A stretch of 64,000 nt of DNA. Origin: Oligoflexia bacterium. GTDB taxonomy: Bacteria > Bdellovibrionota > UBA1018. Below the pieces are notes generated by a model, which saw only the letters and a program-made list of their open reading frames with translations, ran no database searches and was not told the DNA's origin. The stretch lies in NCBI GenBank assembly GCA_963758495.1, contig CAVWVI010000005.1, forward strand, positions 96,894-160,893. The letters run 5' to 3'. Made by a program: the position numbers and the translations under genes. Shown here piece by piece: positions 27,440 through 38,265 of this stretch (position 1 is its first letter; every line of letters starts with the position of its first letter).

Positions 27440-29392
27440 ATGAAAACACTCAGCGAACAGCATGAAATCTCCACACCATTGACGACAGTAAACGACCTCG
27501 CTGCAGCGAGCCACGGTCACAAGGCAACCTTTGCGGCACTCACTCTGGGAGCGCTCGGGGTAGTTTTCGGTGATATTGGAACAAGTCCACTCTATACGCT
27601 CAAAGAATGCCTGGCTGCTGCCGGCGGCATCCATGCGGGTATAGAAGATCTTTACGGAATACTTTCATTGATGTTCTGGTCTTTGATCATGGTGGTTACG
27701 GTAAAGTATCTGACTTTTGTCATGCGAGCTGACAATGGTGGTGAGGGTGGGATCTTTGCATTGCTGGCCATTGTGCCAGAACGGTTTCGGGTCACCTCAG
27801 CTCGCAAAGGGGCAGTCACCGGAATGGCTCTACTGGCAGTGATTGGCGCGGCTCTCCTTTACGGCGACGGTGTGATCACACCTGCGATTTCAGTTCTTAG
27901 CGCGGTAGAGGGTCTCGCGATTGCCAGCCCTCGACTTTCACCGCTTGTCTTGCCTTTAACCTGTGCCATTCTCTTAGGACTTTTTTCAATTCAACGGCGA
28001 GGCACAGGTGACGTCGGCAAACTCTTCGGGCCGGTTATGGTCATTTGGTTCAGCACCTTGGCGGGTCTCGGGATTTTTCACATCAGTCAGCATCCCGAAA
28101 TTCTCGCAGCCCTGCAGCCTCAGCATGGGGTGGCATTTTTTCTCCGCCATGGACTCCGCGGCGCCCTCATCCTTGGCTCCGTCGTATTAGTCGTGACTGG
28201 AGGAGAAGCCCTCTATGCAGACATGGGACACTTCGGAATTCGTCCGATTCGATGGGCATGGACAAGTCTTGTTTTGCCCTCCCTTTTGCTCTGCTATCTG
28301 GGACAGGGTGCTCTCCTTCTTGGCAACCCTAGTGCGGCGGAGAATCCCTTTTTCGCCATGGTACCTACGGGCCTACCGACTTACTTCCTGGTTCTACTCT
28401 CCAGTGCAGCTACCGTGATTGCTTCGCAGGCACTCATCTCTGGGGCATTCTCCTTAACACGTCAAGCGATGCTATTAGGTTATCTTCCGCGAGTGACTGT
28501 CAAGCACACGGCGTTTCACACCGAGGGGCAGATTTACATTCCTGAGGTGAATTGGTTGCTTGCCTTGGGATGCATCTTACTTGTGCTGACCTTCCGTGAG
28601 TCAGTCAAGTTGGCTGCCGCCTATGGAATTGCTGTTACCGGAACGATGGCCATTACGTCAGTGCTCTATTATATTGTTGCACGTCACACCTGGCGCTGGA
28701 GCGCATGGAAGGCCGGAGCTACGCTCGCACTTTTCTTGAGTTTTGATATCCCCTTTCTGGCTGCGAATCTTTTTAAGTTCTTTGATGGTGGGTACGTTCC
28801 GATGTTGATCGGTGCAACACTCATTGCAGGAATGCTGATTTGGAGCCATGGCCGTACCGCTCTGATGAAGCAATACGCACTCCGTTACTCGACCTTCGAG
28901 AATGCTAAGCCTCAGATTTCTCGTTCTGTCTCCTCGCGAGTCCCGGGAAGTGCCGTGTTCTTAGCTCACGATGCTGACCATGTGCCTCCCGTTCTTATGC
29001 ATCACGTTGAGCGCAGTCATGCTTTGCATGAAACTGTTGTCTTACTTAACGTAAAAGAGGAGATTCGACCCGTGGTGCCAGATGAATCGCGGTTCACGGT
29101 GACCGCTTTAGAAGAGGGTTTCTACAAACTCTCCGTATCGTTTGGCTACATGGAGACACCCCTCCTGCTACCGGTACTTCGAAAGGTGGCTCAAACGGGT
29201 CAGATCCCGTTCGAGTTTGAGAATGCGACTTATTATATTGGTCACGAAACAATCGTTGCCAAAAATGGTGGAGTGCAGCGAGTACCTGAAGCGATTTTCT
29301 CTTACCTCAATCGTAATGCGGTTCACGAAGAAAGACGCTACGGAATGCCAACACAGCAAATCGTTGAAATTGGTACACAGATTGATTTATAA
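27440..29392 (+). CDS. kup: KUP/HAK/KT potassium transporter
   Basis: GVVFGDIGTSPLY, ADNGGEGG, GGEALYADMGHFG and GQIYIPEVNW motifs. Confidence 0.97.
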   Translation: MKTLSEQHEISTPLTTVNDLAAASHGHKATFAALTLGALGVVFGDIGTSPLYTLKECLAAAGGIHAGIEDLYGILSLMFWSLIMVVTVKYLTFVMRADNGGEGGIFALLAIVPERFRVTSARKGAVTGMALLAVIGAALLYGDGVITPAISVLSAVEGLAIASPRLSPLVLPLTCAILLGLFSIQRRGTGDVGKLFGPVMVIWFSTLAGLGIFHISQHPEILAALQPQHGVAFFLRHGLRGALILGSVVLVVTGGEALYADMGHFGIRPIRWAWTSLVLPSLLLCYLGQGALLLGNPSAAENPFFAMVPTGLPTYFLVLLSSAATVIASQALISGAFSLTRQAMLLGYLPRVTVKHTAFHTEGQIYIPEVNWLLALGCILLVLTFRESVKLAAAYGIAVTGTMAITSVLYYIVARHTWRWSAWKAGATLALFLSFDIPFLAANLFKFFDGGYVPMLIGATLIAGMLIWSHGRTALMKQYALRYSTFENAKPQISRSVSSRVPGSAVFLAHDADHVPPVLMHHVERSHALHETVVLLNVKEEIRPVVPDESRFTVTALEEGFYKLSVSFGYMETPLLLPVLRKVAQTGQIPFEFENATYYIGHETIVAKNGGVQRVPEAIFSYLNRNAVHEERRYGMPTQQIVEIGTQIDL

Positions 29393-29520
29393 AAGGGCAG
29401 AGCGTTTCACCTGCCATGCGGATGCAATTTACCTGGACTACTCGAAAAACAGAATTACCGATGAGACCTTGCGGTTGCTTGTTCAACTCGCTGGCGAGAG
29501 TGGACTACGTGAACGCACGA
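29393..29520 (+). pseudogene. pgi: Glucose-6-phosphate isomerase N-terminal remnant
   Basis: RAERFTCHADAIYLDYSKNRITDETLRLLVQLAGESGLRER matches the Pgi N-terminus; no start and truncated. Confidence 0.75.
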
Positions 29521-30180
29521 TCAATGGGGTGTTGAGCTCGGCTTAAATACCGTTCTTTCGATTGAACCGTTCCGTGCGATCCATGCTTCCGTTACAAGCG
29601 CCGGCGGGAATAGTCCGTGAGAAACCAAACCCGGAGTTGCTTCTAGCCAGGTCGCCAATTCAGCCGGATCAGCAAATTTTCCTAGGTAGTCAGCTATGAT
29701 TCCACCATCTGGGCTCCGAGGGATGTCGCGAAGTTGGATGGGTTGAAGTCGGCGAAGAGTTGCCGAAAGTCCAAACGAGAGTAACTCGACAGGGACCGGG
29801 GCATGGAGCGCAGGGACTGGTTTTCTCGAGTCTGCGATGACGATGAACTGCGTTCCTGATGCTGCAACGATTTTTTCACGTGTATGGGCGGCACCAGCCC
29901 CCTTCACCAACCATCCATCTGGGGCGATCTGATCAGCGCCGTCGATCACGAGGTCGAGCTGATCGAGTTGATCAAAAGGCACAACGTTGAGACCGAGTTC
30001 GCGAGCGAGGTGCTCTGTGCGCGGTGAAGATGCGACACAGCGAATGGAGAGATGGCGTCGCGCCAAGGGAGGCAAAAGAAAGTCAACGGTTGAGCCGGTA
30101 CCTAGACCGACAACCATTCCAGACTTTACAAAAGCTGCCGCCGCTTCAGCTACTAGCCGTTTTTCTTTTTCGATGCTCAC
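29521..30180 (-). CDS. rpiA: Ribose-5-phosphate isomerase A
   Basis: GLGTGST, DGADQ and KGAGAAHTREK motifs. Confidence 0.93.
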   Translation of the reverse strand: MSIEKEKRLVAEAAAAFVKSGMVVGLGTGSTVDFLLPPLARRHLSIRCVASSPRTEHLARELGLNVVPFDQLDQLDLVIDGADQIAPDGWLVKGAGAAHTREKIVAASGTQFIVIADSRKPVPALHAPVPVELLSFGLSATLRRLQPIQLRDIPRSPDGGIIADYLGKFADPAELATWLEATPGLVSHGLFPPALVTEAWIARNGSIERTVFKPSSTPH

Positions 30181-30185
30181 TCTTT

Positions 30186-31085
30186 TTAAGCCCTCTTGAT
30201 TTTGGAGAGGACGTGTTCCACCGCTTTGGCGAACCCCTCTTCGGTGTTGGATTCCGTGACCATGTCTGCGGTGTGCTTGACCTCCTCTGAAGCATTTCCC
30301 ATAGCAATGCTGAAACCACTCTTCTTGAACATGAGCACGTCACTGGGCATGTCCCCGATGGTAATTGTCTGCGAAGGTGCAATTTTTAAATATACGCAGA
30401 GATCTTCAAGGACCGTCCCCTTGTTTGCTTGCGGGCTTGTTACGTCGACATAGTAAGGTTGAGATCGCGTGGCTGAGGCGAGTCCAGAAAGACTGTGCTG
30501 AAGATCCGTCTCGCAGCGAGCCACCTGGGAGTAATCTTCGCTCAGTCCGACTACTTTCAATACGTTCGTGAAACTATTTTCGTGGCTTTGTGTAACTAGG
30601 GGTGCGAACTGAACGGTAGATTGTTCGGTGCGGACTCGAGGGAGTTCTGGTCGGTGAATATACCAATTATTCTCTGTGTAGATCCACGCATCGTCGAGCC
30701 CATTTTGGAGGATGAGATCCACGGCTTTTTTCACAACGTCGGGAGAAAGCGGGCGTGTTTTTAAAATTTCAAAATCAGGCCTGATGATGGCACCGCCATT
30801 AAAAGCAGCGTAAGGGAACTGAATACGTATGAATACCGCCAGATGCTTCATCCCCAGTGGCGGACGACCACTGACAAAAGAGAACGCAATCCCATTTTTA
30901 TGGAGGGCTTGAATGGCTTGAATTGTGCGCTCGGTTAGGAGTTTTTCAGGCGTCACTAGAGTGCCGTCTACATCTGCAAGCAATAGAGCGGGTTGTTGGA
31001 GTGTCATGGATTCCAATGTGCGAGAAAAGGGCCAAGTCGTGAGCTCTAGGTACGGTGTTTGCTGTTTTGATTTTAGGGTATTCAT
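30186..31085 (-). CDS. Cof-type HAD-IIB hydrolase (start uncertain, possibly ~31007)
   Basis: LADVDGTL, SGR, NKG, IGDMPSD and AMGNA motifs. Confidence 0.9.
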   Translation of the reverse strand: MNTLKSKQQTPYLELTTWPFSRTLESMTLQQPALLLADVDGTLVTPEKLLTERTIQAIQALHKNGIAFSFVSGRPPLGMKHLAVFIRIQFPYAAFNGGAIIRPDFEILKTRPLSPDVVKKAVDLILQNGLDDAWIYTENNWYIHRPELPRVRTEQSTVQFAPLVTQSHENSFTNVLKVVGLSEDYSQVARCETDLQHSLSGLASATRSQPYYVDVTSPQANKGTVLEDLCVYLKIAPSQTITIGDMPSDVLMFKKSGFSIAMGNASEEVKHTADMVTESNTEEGFAKAVEHVLSKIKRA

Positions 31086-32961
31086 GGCTTATCAGGCAAT
31101 TGAAAATTATGGAATGATCGGTAATATGCGGACCGTTGCATTGGTCGGAATTCATGGCTCGATCGACTGGTACTGCTATCCATATTTTGATTCTCCGAGC
31201 CTATTTGGTGCTCTTCTCGATGATCGAAAAGGGGGTAAGTTTTCAATTCTACCCAGGTGTTGTGAGCGACTACGGAACAAGCAATTCTACTGGCCAAATA
31301 CCAATATTTTAGTGACCCGTTTCCTTTGCAGCGACGGCATTGCGGAAATCGAAGACTTTATGCCTGTTGGGCTCGATCCTCATTCTCCTTGGTATCACCA
31401 TTTGTTTCGGAGAGTGAAATGTGTTCGTGGTTCGCTAGCTTTTTCACTCGAATGCACTCCTGCATTCGACTACGGACGAAAAGCTCACATTGCCAAAAAA
31501 GCTGGAGATGGTGTCACGTTCGTATCCGATGGATTAACCATGGGACTTTCCACAGACCTGCCCATTCGCATCATTGGAAGAGAAGGTGGAAGAGAAGGAG
31601 AAAATGAAGGAAAAAACGGAGGGGCTTACGCAGAGTTTGTCCTGAATGAAGGGGCGAGTCGGGTATTCATTTTCAAGGAGCTGAATGCTCATACTTGCGA
31701 ATTACCGCCTTCAGACGATGAAGCTCAAGAGTTATTTGAAATCACTGTTTGCTTTTGGAGGAAGTGGCTTTCTGCGTGCACTTATCGTGGACGGTGGCGA
31801 GAGCAAGTCTATCGTTCGGCACTCGCATTGAAGCTGCTCACATTCGAACCCACCGGTGCAATCATTGCTTCCCCGACGACGAGTATTCCAGAAGTGATTG
31901 GAGGGACGCGAAACTGGGATTATCGTTATACGTGGATGAGGGATGCCGCTTTCACAGTTTATGCTTTTCTTCGTATTGGATTTAAAGAAGAAGCTACGAG
32001 ATTTATGAGCTGGGTTCAAAACTATGCTTCGAGTTCTGGTAGTCCCACGAAACCCATGCCAGTAATGCTTTCCATCCGAGGTGAGAGGACGTTAGAAGAA
32101 AAGGTCCTTGCTCATTGGGAAGGTTATCGAGCCTCTTCGCCGGTGAGAATTGGCAACGGTGCTTATCAGCAAATTCAGAACGATATCTATGGCGAACTGG
32201 CGGATGCAGTTTACCTTTTCAATAAATACGTTTCCCCCATATCTTTTGATTTTTGGAATAAAATAAGAGCTCGAATGAACTGGATCTGCGAGAATTGGAT
32301 GCAGCCTGATGAGGGAATCTGGGAAGTGCGGAAAATGCCGGAACACTTTGTCTACTCGAAGGTAATGAACTGGGTAGCTCTGGACCGTGCTATTCGCCTT
32401 GCTGAAAAGAGATCATTTCCTGCCGATATGGAAAAGTGGCATCGTGTCCGCGACCAGATTTACGAAGAGGTCATGTCCCGTGGGTGGCAAGCTGATGTGG
32501 GTTCATTCACACAGGCTTACGGCCGTTCGGAGCTAGACGCTTCTCTTCTGATTATGCCATTGGTGTTTTTTATGGCGCCCAATGACCCGCGGATGATTAA
32601 AACAATCGATGCTATCAGGAGGCCTCCGGCGAAAGGCGGGCTTTTCACGGATGGGCTCGTCTATCGATATCCACCTGGCCCAAAGTTCGATGGCCTACCC
32701 GGCGAAGAAGGGACATTCAATATGTGTTCATTTTGGCTCGTTGAGGCGTTGACCCGCGCTGGAGCCACAGATCCTGAGAGACTCGATGATGCTCGACTCC
32801 TCTTCGAGAGAATACTTGGTTTTGCAAATCATCTCGGTCTGTACTCTGAACAGACGGGTTCGCAGGGGGAGGCCTTGGGTAATTTTCCGCAAGCATTTAC
32901 TCATTTGGCCCTCATTAGCGCAGCCTTTAATTTAGATCGAGTATTGGGAAGTCGCCCGTAA
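31084..32961 (+). CDS. Glycoside hydrolase family 15 (glucoamylase/trehalase-like)
   Basis: MAYQAIENYGMIGN, RNWDYRYTWMRDA, DEGIWEVR and GNFPQAFTH motifs. Confidence 0.93.
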   Translation: MAYQAIENYGMIGNMRTVALVGIHGSIDWYCYPYFDSPSLFGALLDDRKGGKFSILPRCCERLRNKQFYWPNTNILVTRFLCSDGIAEIEDFMPVGLDPHSPWYHHLFRRVKCVRGSLAFSLECTPAFDYGRKAHIAKKAGDGVTFVSDGLTMGLSTDLPIRIIGREGGREGENEGKNGGAYAEFVLNEGASRVFIFKELNAHTCELPPSDDEAQELFEITVCFWRKWLSACTYRGRWREQVYRSALALKLLTFEPTGAIIASPTTSIPEVIGGTRNWDYRYTWMRDAAFTVYAFLRIGFKEEATRFMSWVQNYASSSGSPTKPMPVMLSIRGERTLEEKVLAHWEGYRASSPVRIGNGAYQQIQNDIYGELADAVYLFNKYVSPISFDFWNKIRARMNWICENWMQPDEGIWEVRKMPEHFVYSKVMNWVALDRAIRLAEKRSFPADMEKWHRVRDQIYEEVMSRGWQADVGSFTQAYGRSELDASLLIMPLVFFMAPNDPRMIKTIDAIRRPPAKGGLFTDGLVYRYPPGPKFDGLPGEEGTFNMCSFWLVEALTRAGATDPERLDDARLLFERILGFANHLGLYSEQTGSQGEALGNFPQAFTHLALISAAFNLDRVLGSRP

Positions 32962-34012
32962 ATTTTTCAGACACTTTGGATGGACTTAAGTTGTCAATCC
33001 ATTGACCGATCAAGGCAATCCCTTCCTGATCTAGCTCATTGCTCCCCAGGGGGGGCATCCGATAAGCCGTCATCGTATTGAGGCGAACCCAGAGAATACT
33101 CGCTTCTTTTTTTCCAGGTCTTACCAGAACCCCATTGGGGATTCCCATCTCCCCGGAAACGGGCACCTGATCGATGAGGTTCATGGAGGCCACTGGGGTT
33201 TTAAAGCGAAAATCAATCTGAGGCCTGAATGGACTCCCGGGTTGATGACATTGAGAGCAATTGGTAGCGAAGTAGGACTTCACCCTGTTCTCTAGCGACT
33301 GATTCGTGGAGGATAAACTGAAATACTTCTTATAATTGGAGCCACTCTCTATTTTTGAAGAAAAGAAAGAACTCTGATTCCATTGATCGAGCTGATTGGC
33401 TGTACTTCCTGGTTTATTTAGATTGAGTTGTTCAGTTCTGACACCCAACACATAGCCCGTCCAGGAGTTGTGACACAAGACACACATCTGTCGACTTGGG
33501 AAAGTCCAAGTTTGTTTTACAGTGCCTCCGGGACTGCCAGGGCTGTAAACTTGATACGTTTTGGATGCAAAATTCGGTAATAAAACAGCATCTTTTTGAT
33601 CATCCTGCCACTGATAGCTGTACCCGTCCCATTGGTCGTCCGCCGAATTGATCAGGAGCCGGGTTTCAACCCGAATCTGCTGAGTCGCGCTTGCCGGAAG
33701 ATCAAATTCCTTCACCAGAACAGTGCCTATCGGAAACTTCCACGGATCTTCGGGTTGAAAGTCTATTTTTCCGGGAACAATAATCCATCTGCCCTTGCCG
33801 GCTCCGTCTGACCAGAGAGGAGAGTTTACAGTGTATTCAGTGACGGATTGACAGGGCGTGAGGTGAGTCAGGTCTTCAAAGATCCCGGCATCAGAAAGCT
33901 TCTGAGGCGGATGATCCGGCTGAAGCTGCAATGCACTAGAGCATTTCGCGTATGAAACAGAACTTACTACCGACAACTGCACTAGGAGCAAAATGGCGTA
34001 AGTTATTCTCAT
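32927..34012 (-). CDS. Secreted diheme c-type cytochrome (SO2930-like)
   Basis: Signal peptide; Y.VNSPLWSDGA.K.RW, FPIGTVLVKEF; CVLCH and CSQCH heme motifs; RMPPLG. Confidence 0.8.
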   Translation of the reverse strand: MRITYAILLLVQLSVVSSVSYAKCSSALQLQPDHPPQKLSDAGIFEDLTHLTPCQSVTEYTVNSPLWSDGAGKGRWIIVPGKIDFQPEDPWKFPIGTVLVKEFDLPASATQQIRVETRLLINSADDQWDGYSYQWQDDQKDAVLLPNFASKTYQVYSPGSPGGTVKQTWTFPSRQMCVLCHNSWTGYVLGVRTEQLNLNKPGSTANQLDQWNQSSFFSSKIESGSNYKKYFSLSSTNQSLENRVKSYFATNCSQCHQPGSPFRPQIDFRFKTPVASMNLIDQVPVSGEMGIPNGVLVRPGKKEASILWVRLNTMTAYRMPPLGSNELDQEGIALIGQWIDNLSPSKVSEKFTGDFPILDLN

Positions 34013-34102
34013 TGTGGTAAGATATATTCTATAAAATATTTCGATTGAGTCAATAGACCGTTCGGGTTTTATTACGAACTGTCATGCGACTTTTTAACGT
34101 TT

Positions 34103-35290
34103 CTAGTGGGGGCCTCTATAGGTCAACTTAGAAACATTATTGAACCAAATACTCGTAAAATAAAGACTGCCATCCGGGCCGGGGGTAATTGCCACGGGAT
34201 TGGAAGTGACATTTTTTCCGAAGGAAGTCTCGTTTCCTGTGGCGGGATCTAGGAGATGAATCCAGTTATTGCAATAATCCATGAAAAAATATTTCCCGAC
34301 ATACTCACTGGGAAACTGCGGAATCACAGGATTATAAAAAGTTCCTCCCGTAATAGCACAACCGACTCTGTCATTGGTCTGAACGCCATGTGTGTAAGTG
34401 AAAATCGGGTTTGTAAATGCAGGATTCGAACTCATCCCTTCCGTCAGTGGCCAACCATAGTTTGCTCCCGGAGTCAGTTCATCGATCTCCTCCCACATTG
34501 CTTCTCCGACATCATTGACGAAAATTTTTCCGGTTCCTGGCTGCACGGAAAAGTTAAAAGGATTTCGAAAACCTAGGGCCCAAATCGACTGATTGATTCC
34601 CGTGGTTTGCGATACGTATGGATTGTCCGCCGGGATACTTCCGTCCCGATTGATCCGGAGCATTTTACCTAGTGTGGAAGTCAGTCTTTGAGCGTTGTCG
34701 ATCATGGGCCAACCTGCGTTTTCACCCGAAGCGATATAGAGTTTTCCATCGAGTCCAAAATGAATTCCACCGGCGACGTGATAAATGGAGGTACCTCGAT
34801 CATCCAGGTCGATCATCACAGTCTCGCTTCCCGGAGTCGCTACATCCCCATTGGCAGTGAACCGGCTCACTCGTCCATGCAGAGTAGGGCTTTTCGCGAC
34901 ATAGAAAACGTAGATATAAGAGTTCTTCACGAAATCAGGATCGAAAGCAATTCCGATCAGACCGTGCTCACCTTGGGAGTCCGTATCCACCGTGAGAAAG
35001 GGTTGGGTTAGCAAAGACCCGTCCTTGATCACTCTGAGTTGACCGGTTTTTTGGCTAACAAACAACCTCCCGTCTGGGGAAAATTCCAGCGCGGTCGGCT
35101 CGGTCACACCATCGGCTACGAGGGAAATCGCAAAGCCCGGAGGAAGCGTAGGATCTGCTAATGAATTAGGAATATTTATGAAAGAACACATCAAGAGCAG
35201 TAAAGCACTCAGTCTGAGCCCCATCCCTCGAACAGCTACGCCATTCCATTCCGCCATAAATAGGATCTCCCCCGTTGATTTTAGAGCCAT
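34103..35290 (-). CDS. PQQ-dependent glucose/sorbosone dehydrogenase-family beta-propeller
   Basis: GEHGLIGIAFDPDF, GKMLRINRDGSIPADNP, ALGFRNPF and GANYGWP motifs. Confidence 0.9.
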   Translation of the reverse strand: MALKSTGEILFMAEWNGVAVRGMGLRLSALLLLMCSFINIPNSLADPTLPPGFAISLVADGVTEPTALEFSPDGRLFVSQKTGQLRVIKDGSLLTQPFLTVDTDSQGEHGLIGIAFDPDFVKNSYIYVFYVAKSPTLHGRVSRFTANGDVATPGSETVMIDLDDRGTSIYHVAGGIHFGLDGKLYIASGENAGWPMIDNAQRLTSTLGKMLRINRDGSIPADNPYVSQTTGINQSIWALGFRNPFNFSVQPGTGKIFVNDVGEAMWEEIDELTPGANYGWPLTEGMSSNPAFTNPIFTYTHGVQTNDRVGCAITGGTFYNPVIPQFPSEYVGKYFFMDYCNNWIHLLDPATGNETSFGKNVTSNPVAITPGPDGSLYFTSIWFNNVSKLTYRGPH

Positions 35291-35447
35291 TCAAGCACGA
35301 GAGCCGATTTCTTCCAAACAAATACTTTTGCTTTCAATCATTGAAAAGAGATTTGCGAGTCGAGTTTTGGAGCTCTATTTTGGAGCTAGATAAGTGCTGT
35401 GCTTCAGCACTTGCAAAAATTTAGGAAAAGCGTCTTTAATAATACTT

Positions 35448-35957
35448 ATGAAACGCTCACCCAGCACTGGTCGGCAACTGTCGTTTGAAACGAAGCTCGA
35501 GAGCTGGGCTGAAGGAATGGATTATTGCGCTGTTCCAGTTCCGGCGAAAATCACTCAGGCCCTGGGGACTAAGGGCCCCGTCCTGGTCATGGCCAGGGTG
35601 AATCAATCAGAGCCCTTCAAAGTAAGCCTGTTTCCCGTCGGCGGAGGGCAGCACTATATCCGCATCAAATCCAAGGTTCGCAAAGAAACCAAAACCAAAA
35701 CCGGCGATCGAGTGCGCGTGCGAATCACAGTCCTCGATCGGGCGGACGTCACTTATCCTAAAGACCTGCTCAGCGCCTTGCGGGCGGAAAGAATGACTGA
35801 GGACTTCAAATCCCTCCCTCCGGGTGAGCAGAATTTTATTCTCCGGCGCATCGACGACGCGGCCAAACCCGAAACTCGCGAAAAGAGGATCCAAGAAGCT
35901 GTCGCAGCGGCTCACCGCAGAAGAGAAAAGCGCGCGAATCGTACTAAAGTGCTTTAG
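35448..35957 (+). CDS. DUF1905 / YdeI-OmpD-associated family protein
   Basis: SLFPVGGGQHYI..VRK..GDRV followed by AAKPETREKRI. Confidence 0.75.
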   Translation: MKRSPSTGRQLSFETKLESWAEGMDYCAVPVPAKITQALGTKGPVLVMARVNQSEPFKVSLFPVGGGQHYIRIKSKVRKETKTKTGDRVRVRITVLDRADVTYPKDLLSALRAERMTEDFKSLPPGEQNFILRRIDDAAKPETREKRIQEAVAAAHRRREKRANRTKVL

Positions 35958-36097
35958 GCGGCGACATCTGATCTGGCTGCGAATTAAAAAAAAGATTCTG
36001 GCATGTTTGAAACGCGAAGATTCAAATGCTTTCAATGATAGAATTCCTATAGAATTTGAAGTCATCCATTTCAGATTATCAAAGAGGAGAGAAAGCC

Positions 36098-36931
36098 ATG
36101 TGTAACGAGAACAAAACGAGGGTGTGGACCGGAAGAGTACTCACGACGTTGGCGGCTTTGCCTTTCGTCTTCAGCTTCATTATGAAGTTCAGCGGCAGTC
36201 CTCAGGTGCTTCAGGGAGTCGCCCACATGGGCTGGCCCGAGACGAGGATACCCATGCTCGCCATCCTCGAGGGGATCTCGGTTCTCCTCTACTTGATTCC
36301 TCAGACGTCGATCCTAGGTGGCATCGTTCTCACTGGCTACCTCGGTGGTGCCATCGCCACCCATCTGAGAATCGGCGAGCCGGTTGGGTTGCACGTGGTG
36401 ATCGGGCTTTTGATCTGGCTTGGCCTTTTTCTCCGCGAATCCAGGCTCCACGTCCTGCTGCCGATCCGTTCCAAGGATTTCACTTACGTGCGGGAGATCA
36501 CGATCAACCGCACACAGGATCAGGTCTTCGCCTACCTCAAGCCGCTTAAGAACTTTCAAAGTTGGAATCCGTTTCTCAAGGCCGATCCCCAGGCGCGCTT
36601 GGAATATCAGGGCACGGATGGCCAGCCAGGCTTTGTCGCCTCCTGGGACGGTAATGCACAAATGGGTTCTGGCGAACAAGAGATCACGCATATCCTCGAT
36701 GGCAAGAGGATCGACTTCGAGCTCCGCTTCAAGAAGCCTTTCCGGGCGACTCACCAGGCCTATTGGGCTGTCGAAGGCGTGGGAGCAAATCAGACGCGCG
36801 TCAAATGGGCAATGAGTGGAAAGACGCCGTTTCCAATGAGTCTCATCGGGCTTTTCATGAACTGCGACAAGATGATCGGCAAGGAATTCGACGGGGGCCT
36901 GAACAAGCTCAAGTCGATTCTAGAAGGGTAG
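36098..36931 (+). CDS. DoxX-like membrane domain fused to an SRPBCC domain
   Basis: LTGYLGGAIATHLR (DoxX-like), then REITINR..VFAYL...WNPF...GSGEQEI...MIGKEFDGGLNKLK (SRPBCC). Confidence 0.8.
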   Translation: MCNENKTRVWTGRVLTTLAALPFVFSFIMKFSGSPQVLQGVAHMGWPETRIPMLAILEGISVLLYLIPQTSILGGIVLTGYLGGAIATHLRIGEPVGLHVVIGLLIWLGLFLRESRLHVLLPIRSKDFTYVREITINRTQDQVFAYLKPLKNFQSWNPFLKADPQARLEYQGTDGQPGFVASWDGNAQMGSGEQEITHILDGKRIDFELRFKKPFRATHQAYWAVEGVGANQTRVKWAMSGKTPFPMSLIGLFMNCDKMIGKEFDGGLNKLKSILEG

Positions 36932-36952
36932 CGCAAAAAGCCAGTCAAAGGC

Positions 36953-37798
36953 TCATGCTGCCTTCGACTGTTTCTGAACGCTCCTTATAAAATCAAGTAA
37001 GTCAGCGTTTACTCGCTCTTGATGTGTTGCAGTCAGTCCATGGGGTGCGCCAGGATAGTAGATGGCCTTTGCTCCTTTGATCAGCCTGGCGGATTTTTTC
37101 CCCGAATCCTTGACTGGGACAATCTGGTCGTCCTCACCCTGTAGGATCAGCGTTGGAATATTGAACTTCTTGAGGTCCTCGGTGAAATCGGTTTCTGAAA
37201 AAGCTTTGATGCATTCGTAGGAATTTTTGAGACCCGTTTGCATGCTCCAAAGCCAGAGTTGATCGAGCGTGCCTTGCGAGACATCGGAGCCCTGCCTGTT
37301 CGCTCCATAAAACGGCCGAGCCAGATCCTGATAAAATTTTGATGGATTTTTCAGGAGATCAGATCGCATCTTATCGAAAACTTCGATCGGCAATCCCTCT
37401 GGATTCGTCTCTGATTTGAGCATGATTGGAGGTACAGCTGAAAGGAGGACGGCTCCTGAAACGCGTTTGGACCCATGACGTCCAATATATCGGGCGACTT
37501 CACCACCTCCTGTGGAGTGACCCACTAAAACGACGTCGTTCAGGTCGAGTGCCTCAATCACTGCTCCGAGATCGTCAGCATAATTGTTCATGTCGTTCCC
37601 AAGCGAACTTTGACTCGAGCGCCCGTGGCCTCGTCGGTCGTGAGCCACTACACGAAAGCCATTTTGTGCAAGGAAAAACATTTGTCCGTCCCAGGCATCG
37701 GAATTGAGTGGCCAGCCGTGGGAGAAGGTGACGACCGGTCCAGTTCCCCAGTCCTTATAGTAGATTATTGTACCGTCTTTTGTGGTGATATTGCTCAT
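36953..37798 (-). CDS. Non-heme chloroperoxidase-like alpha/beta hydrolase
   Basis: [27 protein letters not shown] and GAPHG motifs. Confidence 0.92.
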   Translation of the reverse strand: MSNITTKDGTIIYYKDWGTGPVVTFSHGWPLNSDAWDGQMFFLAQNGFRVVAHDRRGHGRSSQSSLGNDMNNYADDLGAVIEALDLNDVVLVGHSTGGGEVARYIGRHGSKRVSGAVLLSAVPPIMLKSETNPEGLPIEVFDKMRSDLLKNPSKFYQDLARPFYGANRQGSDVSQGTLDQLWLWSMQTGLKNSYECIKAFSETDFTEDLKKFNIPTLILQGEDDQIVPVKDSGKKSARLIKGAKAIYYPGAPHGLTATHQERVNADLLDFIRSVQKQSKAA

Positions 37799-38114
37799 AA
37801 ATAGCCTCCTGATCAAGCTGCATACATAGTTTTTATAGATTCGTGTAATTTTTCAGACAACTATCTTCCCAGGCTTGGATCAATTAAAGCCAATCCTGTT
37901 TCTGGATCTAAACGCTTCAACAGAGTATTCGGACCCACTGAGGGCTCCCATCGCCGTGAAGTGGGCGCTCGTCACTTGATATTTTTCGGCAAACTCACTC
38001 AACCCGGAAAATGCCTCGTCTCCTTGTAATGAGGGCTCCTGCTATGAGTAATTGGGTTTTAATCCTCACTCATTTGTAGGATTCAATCATTGTGCCATAA
38101 CGGTTCTGAGCCGG

Positions 38115-38265
38115 CCTAAGAAGTGGACGGGGGGGGAACTGTACACCTGCGGCGTAGATCGCTTTGCCCTTTGACTATTTGTAGACCTGCTCGGGCGTAC
38201 ACTCAGCATGTTCGGTAGGGTTTGACAGCGCAAGGGTCACAGGGCGTTCATTAGTCCTAGCAAGA
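38115..38265 (-). pseudogene. NAD-dependent malic enzyme internal remnant
   Basis: Manual translation NERPVTLALSNPTEHAECTPEQVYK*SKGKAIYAAGVQFPP has the LSNPT motif and an in-frame stop. Confidence 0.75.

Noticed and set aside
30925-31083. Extended GH15 N-terminus overlapping the Cof gene
   Set aside because: Family similarity starts at MAYQAIENYG (31084); the extension is antisense overlap.
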